Source: Toensbergia leucococca
Lineage: Eukaryota
Direction of reading: 5' to 3'
Length of the DNA stretch: 20,000 bases
NCBI GenBank assembly: GCA_022813965.1
Contig: JALDZS010000135.1
Coordinates: 46,625 to 66,624 of the forward strand
How positions within the stretch are numbered: the stretch's first letter is position 1; every line of letters begins with the position of its first letter. The notes under the pieces are model-generated. The model was given only the letters and a program-made list of their open reading frames with translations, was not told the DNA's origin and did no database searches. The position numbers and the translations under genes were made by a program. Below are positions 1-12,700 of this stretch, in pieces.

Positions 1-277
1 CCTCTGAAATGCTACCCCACTGAGCATACCATCTCCATCAAACCAGTGAGCATCTCGGCCTAAGTCTTCGTTCATTACAGGGTTTCCTCCATTTCGGACA
101 TATTCACCACCAGCAAATTCTTTGGGAATGTGACCGGTATGTGAGCAGGGTTTTAAAGGTTGAATTTGACGGACTGGTGCGAAGTTTCCAGAAAGATATC
201 TACAACGCTTTTAGCGATGGTTCAAATTAGAATTGAAATATGGATGCTTACGGATGAGCGTGCCCGCCCTTGCGCAT
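1..277 (-). CDS. carX: Carotenoid cleavage oxygenase (retinal-forming CarX type), 5' part only; exons 277..252 and 199..<1
   Basis: Not in the ORF track. Manual minus-strand splicing (ATG at 277, intron 251..200 GTAAGC...TAG) gives MRKGGHAHPYLSGNFAPVRQIQPLKPCSHTGHIPKEFAGGEYVRNGGNPVMNEDLGRDAHWFDGDGMLSGVAFQR. It has the HPYLxGNFAP, YVRNGGNP and HWFDGDGM motifs of the CCD/RPE65 family and is divergent from carRA. Confidence 0.93.
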
Positions 278-898
278 CTTTTCAGTGACTCGCGTCAAAC
301 AACGGTCTCGACAATTGCGTGTTGAGATCCATTGCAATCACAGATGTTTTCCCCTGATAGACCAGACACTTGCATAGTGGGGATATGACGTTCCGGTCAC
401 CACAGAGTGGCGACTCTAAAACATGTGAAGGACGGAGAGAGGTGGTCATAGAGCACAGTATGTCTTTCGCCAATTATCCGTGATTTGATGAAAGCCTCGG
501 GAGGATGAATAAAGTTGGCGGGCACAAAAACAAGGATGCAGGTGATCTCGTCATCATATTCGTACTTTACTATATACGGAATGTCTTCTCGCTGCTTTGA
601 TACGGCCAATTCAATTCGCTCATTACTCACTTCAATGTCAATTCCGTCCGTATCAACACTTCAGATTACGCAGAGTTACGTCAATAGGTTCTCTCCCGCA
701 AAATTACATTCTCTTTCACAGTATCCGTATTCAAGACTACCTTTGTCAAATTCCGCTGTTCAAGCCCACCATTCGCTAGCAGCAGCCCCGCGTGTACTTT
801 CGTTATTCCCCGCTCTCTGGGAACCTGCTTGTGCCTCAACCTCCTTTCTGATAACATGACTGCGACAACCACAATCTCACATCGGTGAAGCACTTCAA
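278..898. promoter_or_regulatory. Putative bidirectional promoter shared by carX and carRA
   Basis: 621-bp interval between the two divergent start codons (277 minus, 899 plus), with no credible CDS. Function is inferred from geometry; no individual sites were identified. Confidence 0.6.
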
Positions 899-2915
899 AT
901 GGGATACGACTATGCGTTGGTGTATGACAGACTTTCCCTACCTGGTCTTATGTGTCTAAAGCAACTTCTAGTCATCTACGATTCACGATACCGCCAGCGG
1001 TAGCTCTCACTCTTTGCTACCGTCCCCTGTGCACTCGTCTTGATGTATATAAAATACTGTTCCTAGCATTCGTATGTCTTGGTAAATTGAGAAAACCCGG
1101 CCACAGACAAGCTCACGTTGAATAGATCGCCATCTTCTCAACCACCCCATGGGATTCATACTTGATACACAGCAAAGTATGGACATACCCTCCGAACGCA
1201 ATCATTGGCCCCACGCTTTTCAGAATCCCTGCAGAAGAAATATTTTTCTTCGTCATCCAAACCTACAATACCTCCTTACTCTATCTTTTGCTCAATAAGC
1301 CAACTTTCCACCCAATTTATCTTCGAGGACTCAAGATTCCACATGGTCAGAGTCATTGGCATCTAACAAAGTGGGTCGGGCAAGGGGCGATCACCGTAGG
1401 AATACTTGTTGGTGCCAAATTGGTCTTCGAGGAGGGTGAGGGACTGTATATGGGCTTGATTTTGATTTGGGCGGGTCCGTTCGTGCTTCTCCTTTGGTAC
1501 GATTCACCTTGCACGCATTGAATTCGGAAAGATGTTAATGAAAGCAGGAGTCTGGCGTATCAATTTATCCTGGGCCTACCTTTCGCCAATACCCTCCTTC
1601 CTGTGGTGCTACCCACGCTGTATTTATGGCTTGTCGATACTTTTGCCTTGAGGAGAGGAACGTGGGTCATTGAATCGGGAACAAAGCTTGGATGGCATCT
1701 TTGGGACGGCCTAGAAGTGGAGTAAGAAGCCCCTGAAACTTTTGGAGATCCGTCTGACATGCTTGCAGGGAGGCCTTTTTCTTTCTAATAACGAACGTAC
1801 TTATCGTGTTCGGCCTCATAGCCTTTGACAATGCTCTAGCCGTTCTACAGACGTTTCCTTCTCTGTTTCCAGTGATTCCTTCACTACCCTCACCCATTCT
1901 TCTTGTTAGAGCGCTTCTTGTATCTCCATCAGTATATGACAGTAGCCGCATCGATGGACTCCGACAAGCTCTAGCACGCCTAAGAAAAAAGAGCAGAAGC
2001 TTCTACCTAGCAAGCGGAGTATTTCAGGGAAGACTGCGGATTGACCTTATACTCCTGTAAGTATGCTTGTGCGAAAATTGAAACAACACTGATAATTCCA
2101 CCAGATACTCGTTTTGCCGGGTTGCGGACGATCTTGTTGACAACGCTGCATCTTCTTCCGAGGCCAAGCACTGGATTATGAAGCTCACGGAATACCTTGA
2201 CATCTCATATGCCTCTGATTACTCGATCAAATCCATTTCAAAAGCTGACTTCATCACGGCGACGTTCCCAGCATCGGCTCAAACTGCTCTTTTATTCCTT
2301 CCAACCTCTTACCTTTCCTCTCAGCCCCTCTATGACCTCCTGAAAGGATTCAAGGCCGATCTAGATTTTTCTTCGGCAGAGAATCCATTTCCCATCAATG
2401 ATGAATCCACGTTGCGAATTTACAGCTCTCGGGTAGCGGGCACAGTAGCCGAGTCGTGCCTGGAGCTTGTATACCATCATACAACCACACATAGTGTAGA
2501 AAAGCAACGTCAGGAGATAGTCCATGCCGGAGGGCGAATGGGGATTGCGCTACAGTACATCAATATTGCGCGCGATGTCAGCGTCGATGCTCGGAACAGT
2601 CGCGTCTACATTCCCACCAGCTGGCTGAGAGAAAAAGGATTGACACCCAATGACATTGTTCAGGATCCGGAGAGTCCCAAGTCGGAAGCATTAAGGCAAC
2701 TTTTAATAGATCGTGCAATGGAGATCTACAATGAAGCCAAGGGAGCAATTGAGATGCTGCCCATTGAAGCTCGAAGTCCTATGCGAGTGGCAGTCGAGAG
2801 TTACATGGAAATTGGAAGGATCTTGAGAACCCCAGGGTACAAAATAAAAGCTGGAAGAGCGACTGTTCCTAAGTTGAGACGATTACGGGTTGCTTGGAAT
2901 GCGTTAAATCAATAA
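899..2915 (+). CDS. carRA: Bifunctional lycopene cyclase / phytoene synthase (CarRA/Al-2/CrtYB), 588 aa; join(899..921,972..1071,1126..1496,1548..1721,1769..2056,2105..2915)
   Basis: Five GT..AG introns join to one 1767-nt open frame starting [17 protein letters not shown]. Cyclase motifs [18 protein letters not shown] and LEVEEAFFF; synthase motifs [22 protein letters not shown] and LQYINIARD. Confidence 0.96.
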
Positions 2916-3234
2916 TAAAAGTCATGTCCAGGGGTGGTAATTGTAGTCCATGTAATTTCAAGATACCATTTTGTACATAAGTCAATACATTTGTAAATAC
3001 AATCCATATGTCAGCTATTATACTTACTGGGCATGACATGTCCACAGTTCCGTTATCAATGATGAAACTCCAACCAAGAAATCCAGGTCAAATCAAGACA
3101 TGGCTATGATAAAATCTAACGTCGTCACGATTATGATGGCTGGCCTATCAATTCACTCCCAGGTTTCATTTATGTTCGTGCCACCATGAAGTGACACTCG
3201 AACACTGTGACAAGAAAAAAAGTCCCCGTCTCTC

Positions 3235-5053
3235 ATGGCAATGAGTAAAAAGTCCGATCAGAAGACTGCAATCATTGTAGGTATGTTTTATTAGATGATA
3301 TTTACTGTAGAAATGAAGTGCTAAGACTTCCGTCAGGTGCTGGCGTAGGAGGTGTTGCAACGGCCGCACGACTCGCAAATGCTGGATTCAAGGTTACAGT
3401 GCTTGAGAAGAACAGCTTTACCGGTGGTAGATGTTCCCTGATACATCATGAAGGCTATGTAGGACAACTCAATCAGCGTGGCAATACCACATCTAATGGA
3501 ACCCTCAGCGCTTCGATCAAGGCCCCTCTCTCCTCCTACTACCCCAGATGTTCCGGGAAGTATTCTACGATTTGGATACGTCTCTTGAAGCTGAAGGTGT
3601 AGAGCTCATGAAATGTGAGCCGAACTATAATCTCTGGTTCGGTGACGGCGAGTCGTTCGAGCTTTCTACCGATCTGGCTCGCATGAAGATTGAAGTAGAA
3701 AAATGGGAGGGCAAAGATGGATTTGATCGTTACCTGGGCTTTTTACAAGAAGCCCATCGCCATTACGAAATCAGTGTCGCAGAGGTCCTCAAGAAGAACT
3801 TTGCCTCTCTTTTCTCCATGGCTCGACTTTCATTTCTCCGCCACGCCCTGGCTCTCCATCCCTTTGAGAGCATCTACTCAAGAGCCTCCAAATACTTTTG
3901 GACCGAACGTCTAAGGCGCGTGTTCACGTTTGGAAGCATGTATATGGGTATGTCTCCCTTCGATGCTCCCGGTACGTATTCCTTGCTGCAATATACCGAA
4001 TTGGCAGAGGGAATCTGGTACCCCAAGGGTGGATTCCATAGCATCATCGCCGCTCTTGTGAGGATCGGTGAACGTCTAGGCGTGACCTATCGCCTCTCCA
4101 CTTCTGTTGAGGTTGTTAATTTGAGTCCTCCTGATTTTACCAATAAGCGTCGTGCCACTGGTGTCACTCTTAGCACCGGTGAGACACTGACAGCTGATGT
4201 TGTGATAATAAATGCCGATCTTGTTTATGCATACAACAATCTACTACCGCCCTCTTTACTAGCGAAATCTCTTGAGAAACGCGCCGCGAGTTGCAGTTCC
4301 ATCTCCTTCTATTGGGCAATGAACCGCAAGGTCCCGGAATTAATTACGCACAATATCTTTCTTGCTGACGACTATCGGGAATCCTTTGACGATATATTCA
4401 AAAAACAGTTAATTCCCTCTCAGCCTTCCTTCTATGTCAATGTGCCATCACGCATTGATTCTACAGCTTCGCCAGAGGGAACAGATGCCATTGTGGTCTT
4501 GGTCCCTGTAGGTCATCTCTTGAGTGAAGAAAATGGAAGAGGAATCGAGGTGCAGAGCAAGCAAGATTGGGAGGCCATGGTCACCTCGGCACGGGAGACA
4601 GTCTTCTCCACCATCGAAGCCCGCACAGGGGCTCGTGGCCTCCAGCAGGCACTTGTGAAGGAAATCGTCAATACGCCGCAGAGCTGGAAAGACGTCTTTA
4701 ACCTTGACAAAGGCGCCATCCTAGGCCTGAGTCATAGCTTTTTCAACGTCTTATCATTCAGACCATCCACCAAACATGCGTCAATAGGCAGTTTATACTT
4801 CGTTGGAGCATCTACACATCCTGGAACTGGCGTTCCAATTTGTTTGGCAGGGAGTAAAATCACGAGTGAGCAGGTTCTCGACGGACTGGGTATGGAGAAG
4901 CCTTGGGCCCGAAAAAGTGTAGCGAAAGGGAAGGGGCAGGCCAAGGAGATCGATAAAACGCATTTCCTACCATTGTTTTCGAACTTCCACTTGGCGCTGC
5001 TCATACTAGGATGTATTATGTTCATGGCTGCATTCAGTGTTGGACGTTTGTAA
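3235..5053 (+). CDS. carB: Phytoene desaturase (CarB/Al-1, CrtI family), ~570 aa; join(3235..3280,3337..3458,3509..5053); alternative start 3241
   Basis: Splicing gives TAIIVGAGVGG (FAD-binding), GGRCSLI..GYRFDQGPSLLL, GIWYPKGGF and LYFVGASTHPGTGVP, plus a hydrophobic C-terminal tail. Both introns are canonical GT..AG. Confidence 0.97.
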
Positions 5054-6798
5054 TTTACGCCAAAATTCATTTCTGAGGCGGTAAAAGGGGCAAATATCTT
5101 GGGTTAAGACATAAATCCGACGTATCCCCAAGATATGCTCAGAGGAGTACACGGCAATATGTCAATTACTGGATTTCCAGTTCCGTTTGGTAATTCCTGG
5201 GTAAGCGCAATATCTAAATTTACTATGGAGACTTAATTCGGGGCCCATCTCATCTCCCTGCCAAGATTTATGTAGAGTAATAGCCGCCAAGAGCAAGGCG
5301 GCTCAAACCACTAGCCCTTTCCGGGCAGGGAAGACCTTATCCCAAGCCACCAAATCTCCGTGCCAAGTTTCGTATAGTACGCTATCGAGCGCCACGATCT
5401 GATGGAAGCTTCAACTCCTTCTGCGCTTCAAAACACCAAATGAATATCGACCCTCGCACTTTACTGCATACAGCAATTTAACATCGAGTCATCAACAGAC
5501 ACAAAAGCGGCATGACAAGGGATAAACCGTCACAAGCTAGAAGAGGGTTTTTTCACAATACCTGAATAATGATGAGGTCATGCTAGGCGCAAACAATGTG
5601 ACATTGCTGCAGCAATAAAGTATCGCCAGGCCTCCCAGCGCAATGACTTGACACGATTTCTCTAGCATGCGGGGGCGGAATGCTGCTCGCATGGTCAGGT
5701 GCACATCAGATGCACCTTGTACATTATGCACAGACCAACGGCGACTACCTAGAACATTTTGATTGCATCAAATAAAGCGACCCTGCAAAATCAAGGTCAT
5801 CTGCCCATCTGCCCTGGTCGCAAAGACTTTCGAAGAACATGGTAAGGTTGATAAGCAGCTGCATAAGTACTTCAATTTTCTGTCTGATATTTGGCATTGA
5901 CAGGAGTTCAAGTGACTCATACAACAAGGCTGTAACAGACGTCGATAATAAGATTCCCATGTTGGATCAAAATGCCATGATGACGTTTAACTGAAGAAAT
6001 TGAAGGATGAATTCGGAAAAGCGGCGTGATTTTCCCTACATTGGTACCGTAGACCCTGAAAACCACAAACGCACAAACGTTTAAAAGAGTACGGATACGG
6101 GAAAAGAGATTGGCTCAGTTTCTGCGCTTAAGCTTCTTAGCTTGAAAGTTTAGGTTGTGATTGCTGGCAAGGATTAACTGACGAGCCGAATATCAATCTG
6201 CAACTTACCTTACCTTACATCACCACTACTATCCGTCCATTTCCGGGGCCATGTACGTGTTTGCCTACCAGCAATGCTGATCAATGCAACAAGCTTTTGA
6301 TACCTATATGCCAGGTAGATGCGTCATGTAGGAAGATTTGTATGTGTGCACAGGTAACAGTGGTAATGCCTGCACTGAATAGGTCAATCCCTCCAACTAT
6401 GCGAAAACAGTGAACCCAGGGCTTGCATATTGTGTTGATCAATTGGGTGTCAAAGGCAGAAGGACTTGCCTCCACTGAGTGAACGAGGGTTGTCTCAAAG
6501 GCTCTCATAACTTGCATAGTTGATGGAAAGGTAGAGCGTCTTAAGAATGAGAGTTATTGTTTCCGTGGAGAATATGGCCATTTTATTCCAGTGCAATATG
6601 TCATAATATTGCAGCTCTGTTCACGTTTCAAGCTAGTGCCTTATCCCATTCACTCATAAACAGAATAATGCCCAGCAACCATTAACATTCTCACATATCA
6701 TAACACAAACCTACAACCTATCACCTAGAATACCGCCTTTCGCCTTCTCCTCAGTCTCCTTCCATCAACAAAGCTGTTGAGCTTCAGACAACTCCACT

Positions 6799-7933
6799 AT
6801 GGGTGGCAACAACGCGATCAACGTAAATGGCAATACCAACAATGGTGGAACTGCTGATATTGCAATCACCACTCATGGATCCGATTGGTATTGGGTAAGC
6901 TTGGTCGCCATCAACAGCTGTATATTACTATGCTAAACGTTCTTTAATAGGCCGTCACCGCTGTCATGTTCTTGAGTACCTTGGTCTTCATGGGCCTTTC
7001 TTTCACCAAATCACGCCCACATCGTATCTTCCACTACATCACAGCTTCCATCACTCTAGTCGCCTCCATCGCTTACTTCAGTATGGGCTCGAATCTCGGC
7101 TGGACTCCCATTGCTGTTGAGTTCATGCGTGGTAATCCTAGAGTACATGGCATGTATCGTGAGATCTTTTACGTTCGATACATTGACTGGTAAGTACACC
7201 GCTATTTCCTTCAGTTTGAACGTTCGACTAAAATTATTAGGGTCATCACAACTCCTCTATTACTCATGGATTTGCTTTTGACCGCCGGCTTGCCGTGGCC
7301 CACAATCCTCTACACTATTCTCATGGACGAGGTTATGATCATTACTGGTCTCGTTGGAGCTCTGGTCCACACTAGCTACAAAGTATTTTCATCCTGCCTG
7401 ATGGCGTCAGGATTTCACTGATATCGTTTACAGTGGGGATACTTTACATTTGGCTGTGTTGCGTTCCTATTCGTCGCATGGAACGTGACCTGGGTTGCCC
7501 GCAAGCACGCCGCAGCTCTTGGCCCAGATGTGTCCCGCGCCTTCCTCATTTGTGGAGTGTGGACAATATTCTTGTGGTTCCTCTACCCTATCGCTTGGGG
7601 ACTTTGCGAAGGTGGTAATGTCATCTCACCAGACTCGGAAGCTGTCTTTTACGGCATCTTGGACTTGTGTGCGAAGCCGATCTTTGGTGCTCTACTCCTC
7701 TGGGGTCATCGCAACATCGATCCTGCCAGACTTGGCCGTAAGTTTTGAATTCATTTGGAGTTGTTCCGCGCAAATCTAATCGTATTATAGTCCACATTCG
7801 CGATTATGATGAAGACCCAGCATTGACCGGTGGAATTCATCATGGAGAGAAGCATCACAATGGTATTAACAACGGTAGCAACGGCGCTGGAATTACCACG
7901 GGTGCTACCAACGGTGCTGCTGATACTGTTTAA
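6799..7933 (+). CDS. carO: Fungal rhodopsin, CarO type, 307 aa; join(6799..6894,6951..7189,7241..7382,7434..7737,7791..7933)
   Basis: Four GT..AG introns give a 924-nt open frame with GSDWYWAV, HRIFHYITA, SNLGWTPIAVEF, helix C RYIDWVITTPLLLMDL, EGGNVISPDSEAVFYGILDLCAKP (retinal Lys) and WGHRNIDPARLG. Located in the car cluster. Confidence 0.95.
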
Positions 7934-9775
7934 GTAATTGGATGCTCATCAAATTGCAGAGCTTAAGCTTAGGCGAAGCACTCTTTTATGTGATAATAAG
8001 TCCTCTTTTCAGCGATGATAACCACTCCTTTTGAGCAATGATAGCCACGACAGCTTGCTAGCGGTACTATTTATGCCCTCCTAATAACACCTTGTATTTT
8101 GCTTATTAGTTCACTGAAGTCTGGATAGAGTTTGGCTCATGCCTACTATACCTTTGACAGGCTAATGTTGTTACATTCAATACAAAAATACTCCGATTTG
8201 ATAGATCGTTGTTTTTGTTTTGCTTGTCCTTCATGATCTACACTCTACGCTTTACCATTTTGAATAGGAAACGGAATGAGAAGTGTTTTTCTACCGGGTA
8301 CTACCAAAATTTGTATGCGCCAATTGACAAGTCATTACATGAGCAAGATATTTTGAGTCCTGATACAAAAAGCGTGGATCTTAGATAATCATGAGGCTGT
8401 GAACGTTTCATACGCAATGCAAAAAACTCACTTGCTCAGAACTTGCACTCTCAGTTCTTCTTCTCTTGATTGAGCTATTCTGTATCTTTCACCTGGTTTC
8501 AGTCAATCAATCATTCCCTCTTGATTCGATGACTTCTGGGCCATAACATAACAAGCGGTAGGATCTGCTAGGAACTAGGGTACTTCTTCTACATATCTTT
8601 TCTGATAAATTCGGACAGTTTTCTGAGTTTGATTTAGGACTTCCTTTGACAGCGTTGATACTTTGAAAGATCTTGATTGATCTTGAAGAGCTTTGCTGAA
8701 ATGAGGGTAGTTGAGACTTTTGTATGTGATCTTGTAGTACTTTTGGAGAAGGCGGCTCGGAAATGTTCGGATGGAGAAGCACACGTACCCTCTCTTTCTG
8801 AATGGTTAGAATCCTGGGTTTTTCTGTCGGCTGCCTTTTAGCCACTTTGAGATGACACCTCACAGCTTTGTAGATTCATTCAAGAAATGGCTCCTTTGTC
8901 TCAAGACTCATTTTTGGCTGTCAGTGTCAAGTGCTTCAAATATTCATGCATGAAACCTCACAACGAGGACTAAAAACACAGTAAACACTGATTTATCTTC
9001 AGCTGTTTACAGCGTATTGAATTCTTTTCCTGCACCCAGCCGTCCTCATGTCAAAGTCGTTTGTCCGAGTACATTCTTCTTATCATCACTCATCAAGTTG
9101 TGACCCATGAGGTGGAAACCCGCGAGGAGATTTCCTCCGGGGGGGGGGCTCATCAGACATTCCAATCTCATGGATTCGGCAACGCAGGGACTTTCTGGTC
9201 TTTTCTTGCAGAGTTGCGCGTGTACCTGCCACTTTGAAGGAAGCTCGGACGGTTATTTGATGTTGCTGTCCCCCCATTTTGATGCCACTTGTCATTAAAC
9301 GGAGGTAACGTATTGGTTGATAAGTAGATCACGCAAGTATTAAATGTTTGATACTTGGCACTACCGTTCAGACCAAGGTCAGCGTTTGGACGCCTAACTT
9401 CAATGAAGTGAAGATGCAAATCATATTTCTTGCCTATGACAGCGGTGACTCGATTGTAGAGGCTTGCCCTCATTCTCTCATTGAATGTATACCCTTTTTT
9501 TTACCATTCCTGCCTTTACCGCTCACTCATAATTCCATTCCTACTGTAATGTTTATGCTTGTTGCTCCCCCCATCTTCAAACTCCGTTTCAGCCACAATT
9601 TATCCATTGAAACTGCATACTCTCTCGAGTTGCAGCATGGTATAGGATAATACCGCCTTGCTCTCGATACACAGAATCTAAAGCTCCACAGGTCTTATAT
9701 GAGCCTTCAACAACTTTGAGAAAGCGTGATTCTTCCTTTGTAGCAATATTCTGGAGAGCTGTAGAGCATGAAAAG

Positions 9776-12700
9776 CTATTTACCTTGGAGCGTGACCGGA
9801 TTGTAGAGGGTTGGGCGCGTTTCATTGCCGGGGGCTCCGGGGGCTCGAGTGGTCAGGCCTTTGGAGATCAGGGTGGTCATTGTTTCGGAGGTCGAGGTTC
9901 CGCGAGCGAAAGTCCTGAGGGCAGTGGTCGATTTCCCGAGAGCAGAGGTCCTGGGGGCTGGAGTTTCAGGGACTACAGTGACAGTCGTTCTGAGGGTCTC
10001 GGTGACAGGCGTTGCACTCAAAGAGACGTGACTGAGTCTCCTCCCTAGCTGCTTAAAGTATCTGGGCTTTGATCTTTCCTGTTTTTTGCATTTGGCTAGC
10101 ATTTTTGCCTCTTGCTTTCTTTCCTTGAGTAGTCAACAAGTTTTTGGGAAGGTTGGAGGGTGGCATGGGCTTAGAGACGCCGAAAATATTCTCATGAGTA
10201 TTCATCATGTTTTCAGGGCACTGACGCAGTTGGCGTAGCTGGAAGATTGTTTTTGATATATAAACACAAACTCGAGCTTCATTTCCACATACGACCACAG
10301 ACTGAGGGATATTGGGCATCCCGTCCGCTCTGCCATACACAAGACTCAGATCGGCTGATTAGTAGTTGGGTCGGTGACGACCAGCGAATCCCAGCTGTTG
10401 TATATTTTTGATTTTCTTCTCTTTGATCGAAGCTATGGAATGGTATGTCGTAATCGTAGCCAGAAATCAGAAAAGAAAGCACTTACATGATGCCTTGGAG
10501 TTTTCGGTTAGAATAGAAAATTTGTCAGGGATAAATAGTCTTTAGCGATCAAGTCTAATAACCAAAAATTCGCTGTGAAAACGGTTGTGGCAGGGTCTTC
10601 GACGTCCATGCTGCCGTCATTAACATTGTAGTTGAAGATGAATCTGCACTTCCAACATCTCGACAGCGGCCTCAGCATCTTCTCACCACAAGCAAAGAAA
10701 ACATGCCCAGTTTCTGCACTGTGGTCGTATGTGTATCCTCTTTGTCCTATGGGTTGATCGAGGTTGCCGCCGATGTCTCTGAGCCTTGAGAAGACGGCAC
10801 GGGTCACATAGTTCCACTCGCTGCGCTGGACCTGGGATCGGGACGTTCGATTCGTAAGATGGCGGGTGTAGGGTTTTCTCGAAAGGTGATCAAGTCTCTG
10901 GCGTACGTGGTGGAATCTCCTTGGATTTCCCTTGGTTCTTGGTCAACAGGGCCGGCCAAGCTCACTATTTCATGCCAGTCGAGGTCAGGACGTGGCCAGA
11001 CTATGAACAAGTCGTGGGTTTCCCATGCTCATTGTACGAGCTTCCATTCCCACTCTTTCCTCAGCCGTACGTAGGATTCGCATTGTTGTCGATAGTTGGT
11101 ATGGCTCTGGATTTTCCAGTCACGATGGTTTTTCGCCATTTCATCCGCAATTTCCTGGCGATCTTCCTTAGTCGCGTAGTCGGCGTTAAATAGGACGTGC
11201 TTCTCATTGATGAGGGAGCCAAACGTGTATTTAACCTGGTATTTAGTGTTCGGAACATCCATAGTAACTTCGTTGGCATAATCAATGGTTTCTTTGGATG
11301 TTCCGTCCGAAATAATTAAATAAACAGGCTTTCCGGACGTTATTTTACTAGTATTGGTCTTTGACCACTCCTTAGTCCTGTCCTGGACGAATCCGTGGCT
11401 ATTCCTATGAGGCGTTTCGTAAGGTTGGTGTTCGTACCCGGCTTGGTAGGCAATTGAGGAGGTTCGGCGCCGATATAGCCTCCTTTCGGTCCAGAATTTT
11501 TGATGGCAAACCGAACAGCAGGGTATAGATACTTTATGGAATATCCTACTTCGTAAATTTCTCTCTAGTACTCCTCATTTAATAGTTCATAGTCGTGCGG
11601 CTGCGCGTCAGCGATTAGTTGCTTCTTTGCTTCCTCTAAAAAGGCCTGAAGGGCCTTCCAGTATGGGGCTGATGTGCCGACGATGAGACTCTGACCAAGC
11701 CGAACGAAAGCAACCGTAGGAAGACCAGTGTTCCAGGCTTCGCTCGTGGCCCTAAATTACCACAATTGGCTGATCTGGAGTGTTGATATCATGTTGACTA
11801 GTTCGTCTGCAGCCATGTCAGCAAATTGACTCTCGAGATTTTATAGGGCCACATACTGAGATTGGCCGGCGTCGGATTAGCCGTTATGAATTTTGCCTGC
11901 AGAATGAGTTCCACGATATGACAGTTACTTCAGGCTCTTCAGCCCCCCACTAGGCTTCATTGCTCTCACTGACGCTTTGCGCGCTGATGTGAAGTGAGCT
12001 TCAGGGAAGGGCTTGAGAGAGCCCTTGGGGTGAGAGACCGGGTGGTGAGCACCCCGCACAAAGCCGATGATTTGAACTTCATCATCATCTGAGGGCCGTC
12101 CACCCAGGAATCTGAGATCGTCATGTTTCTTGATATGTTGACTGAGTGCCGCATGCAAGTCAGTAGCACTCTTTTTGGCACGCGCGCGACGGCGTTGCTC
12201 TCTTGAGGGCTCATCAGAGAGCTCAGATGAGGCACTAGACATTCCTCGACCGCTCCTCATGGCCCAAGTTGGAGAAAGATTCCGGAGGGTCCGCAATTAC
12301 GGACCTTTTCTGGCGACGGCGTAGGTCCTTTGCTGACACGGCTCAATACGGCCTAAGAGCGTTCACATGGACGATACCACAATAGTCTTCATAGATAGGT
12401 ATGAGCTTTGGCACTTACATTGTTGCGTTGTTTTTGAAGTTCTCAAAATGCCACCCGCTCTGTATCAGAGGGTTGATTTCATAACCTTTTTCAATCTTGA
12501 TCCTCTTTGTCTTCTTTGTCAGTACTTCTGGCATGTCGTTTCTTCTGCTATCATAAATTGATTGATCTGTGCGCTCAATATCTATGATTTCTTTCGAGGA
12601 GTGATCATTCATGAAGGGACGTTGGCTGCGCAGGATTGAACAATGGATTTCAACATGTCTTCAGTCGTTGCGGCTTGAATATCACATGCATGTGTTGTTT

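Noticed and set aside
282..893. Short ORFs (282..473, 397..630, 515..859, 597..779, 681..893) in the carX-carRA interval
   Set aside because: Mutually overlapping, no motifs, and lying in a divergent promoter/UTR region; most likely chance ORFs.
1007..5070. Antisense and off-frame ORFs over carRA and carB
   Set aside because: Shadows of the real spliced CDSs.
8507..8863. 118-aa and 69-aa minus-strand ORFs downstream of carO
   Set aside because: No recognisable domain or splice structure. They could be further relic sequence, but I cannot support that.
9139..9148. G10 run, and nearby C6 runs, as possible retroelement polypurine tracts
   Set aside because: Not followed by a TG-starting LTR, and no LTR pair is visible in the window.
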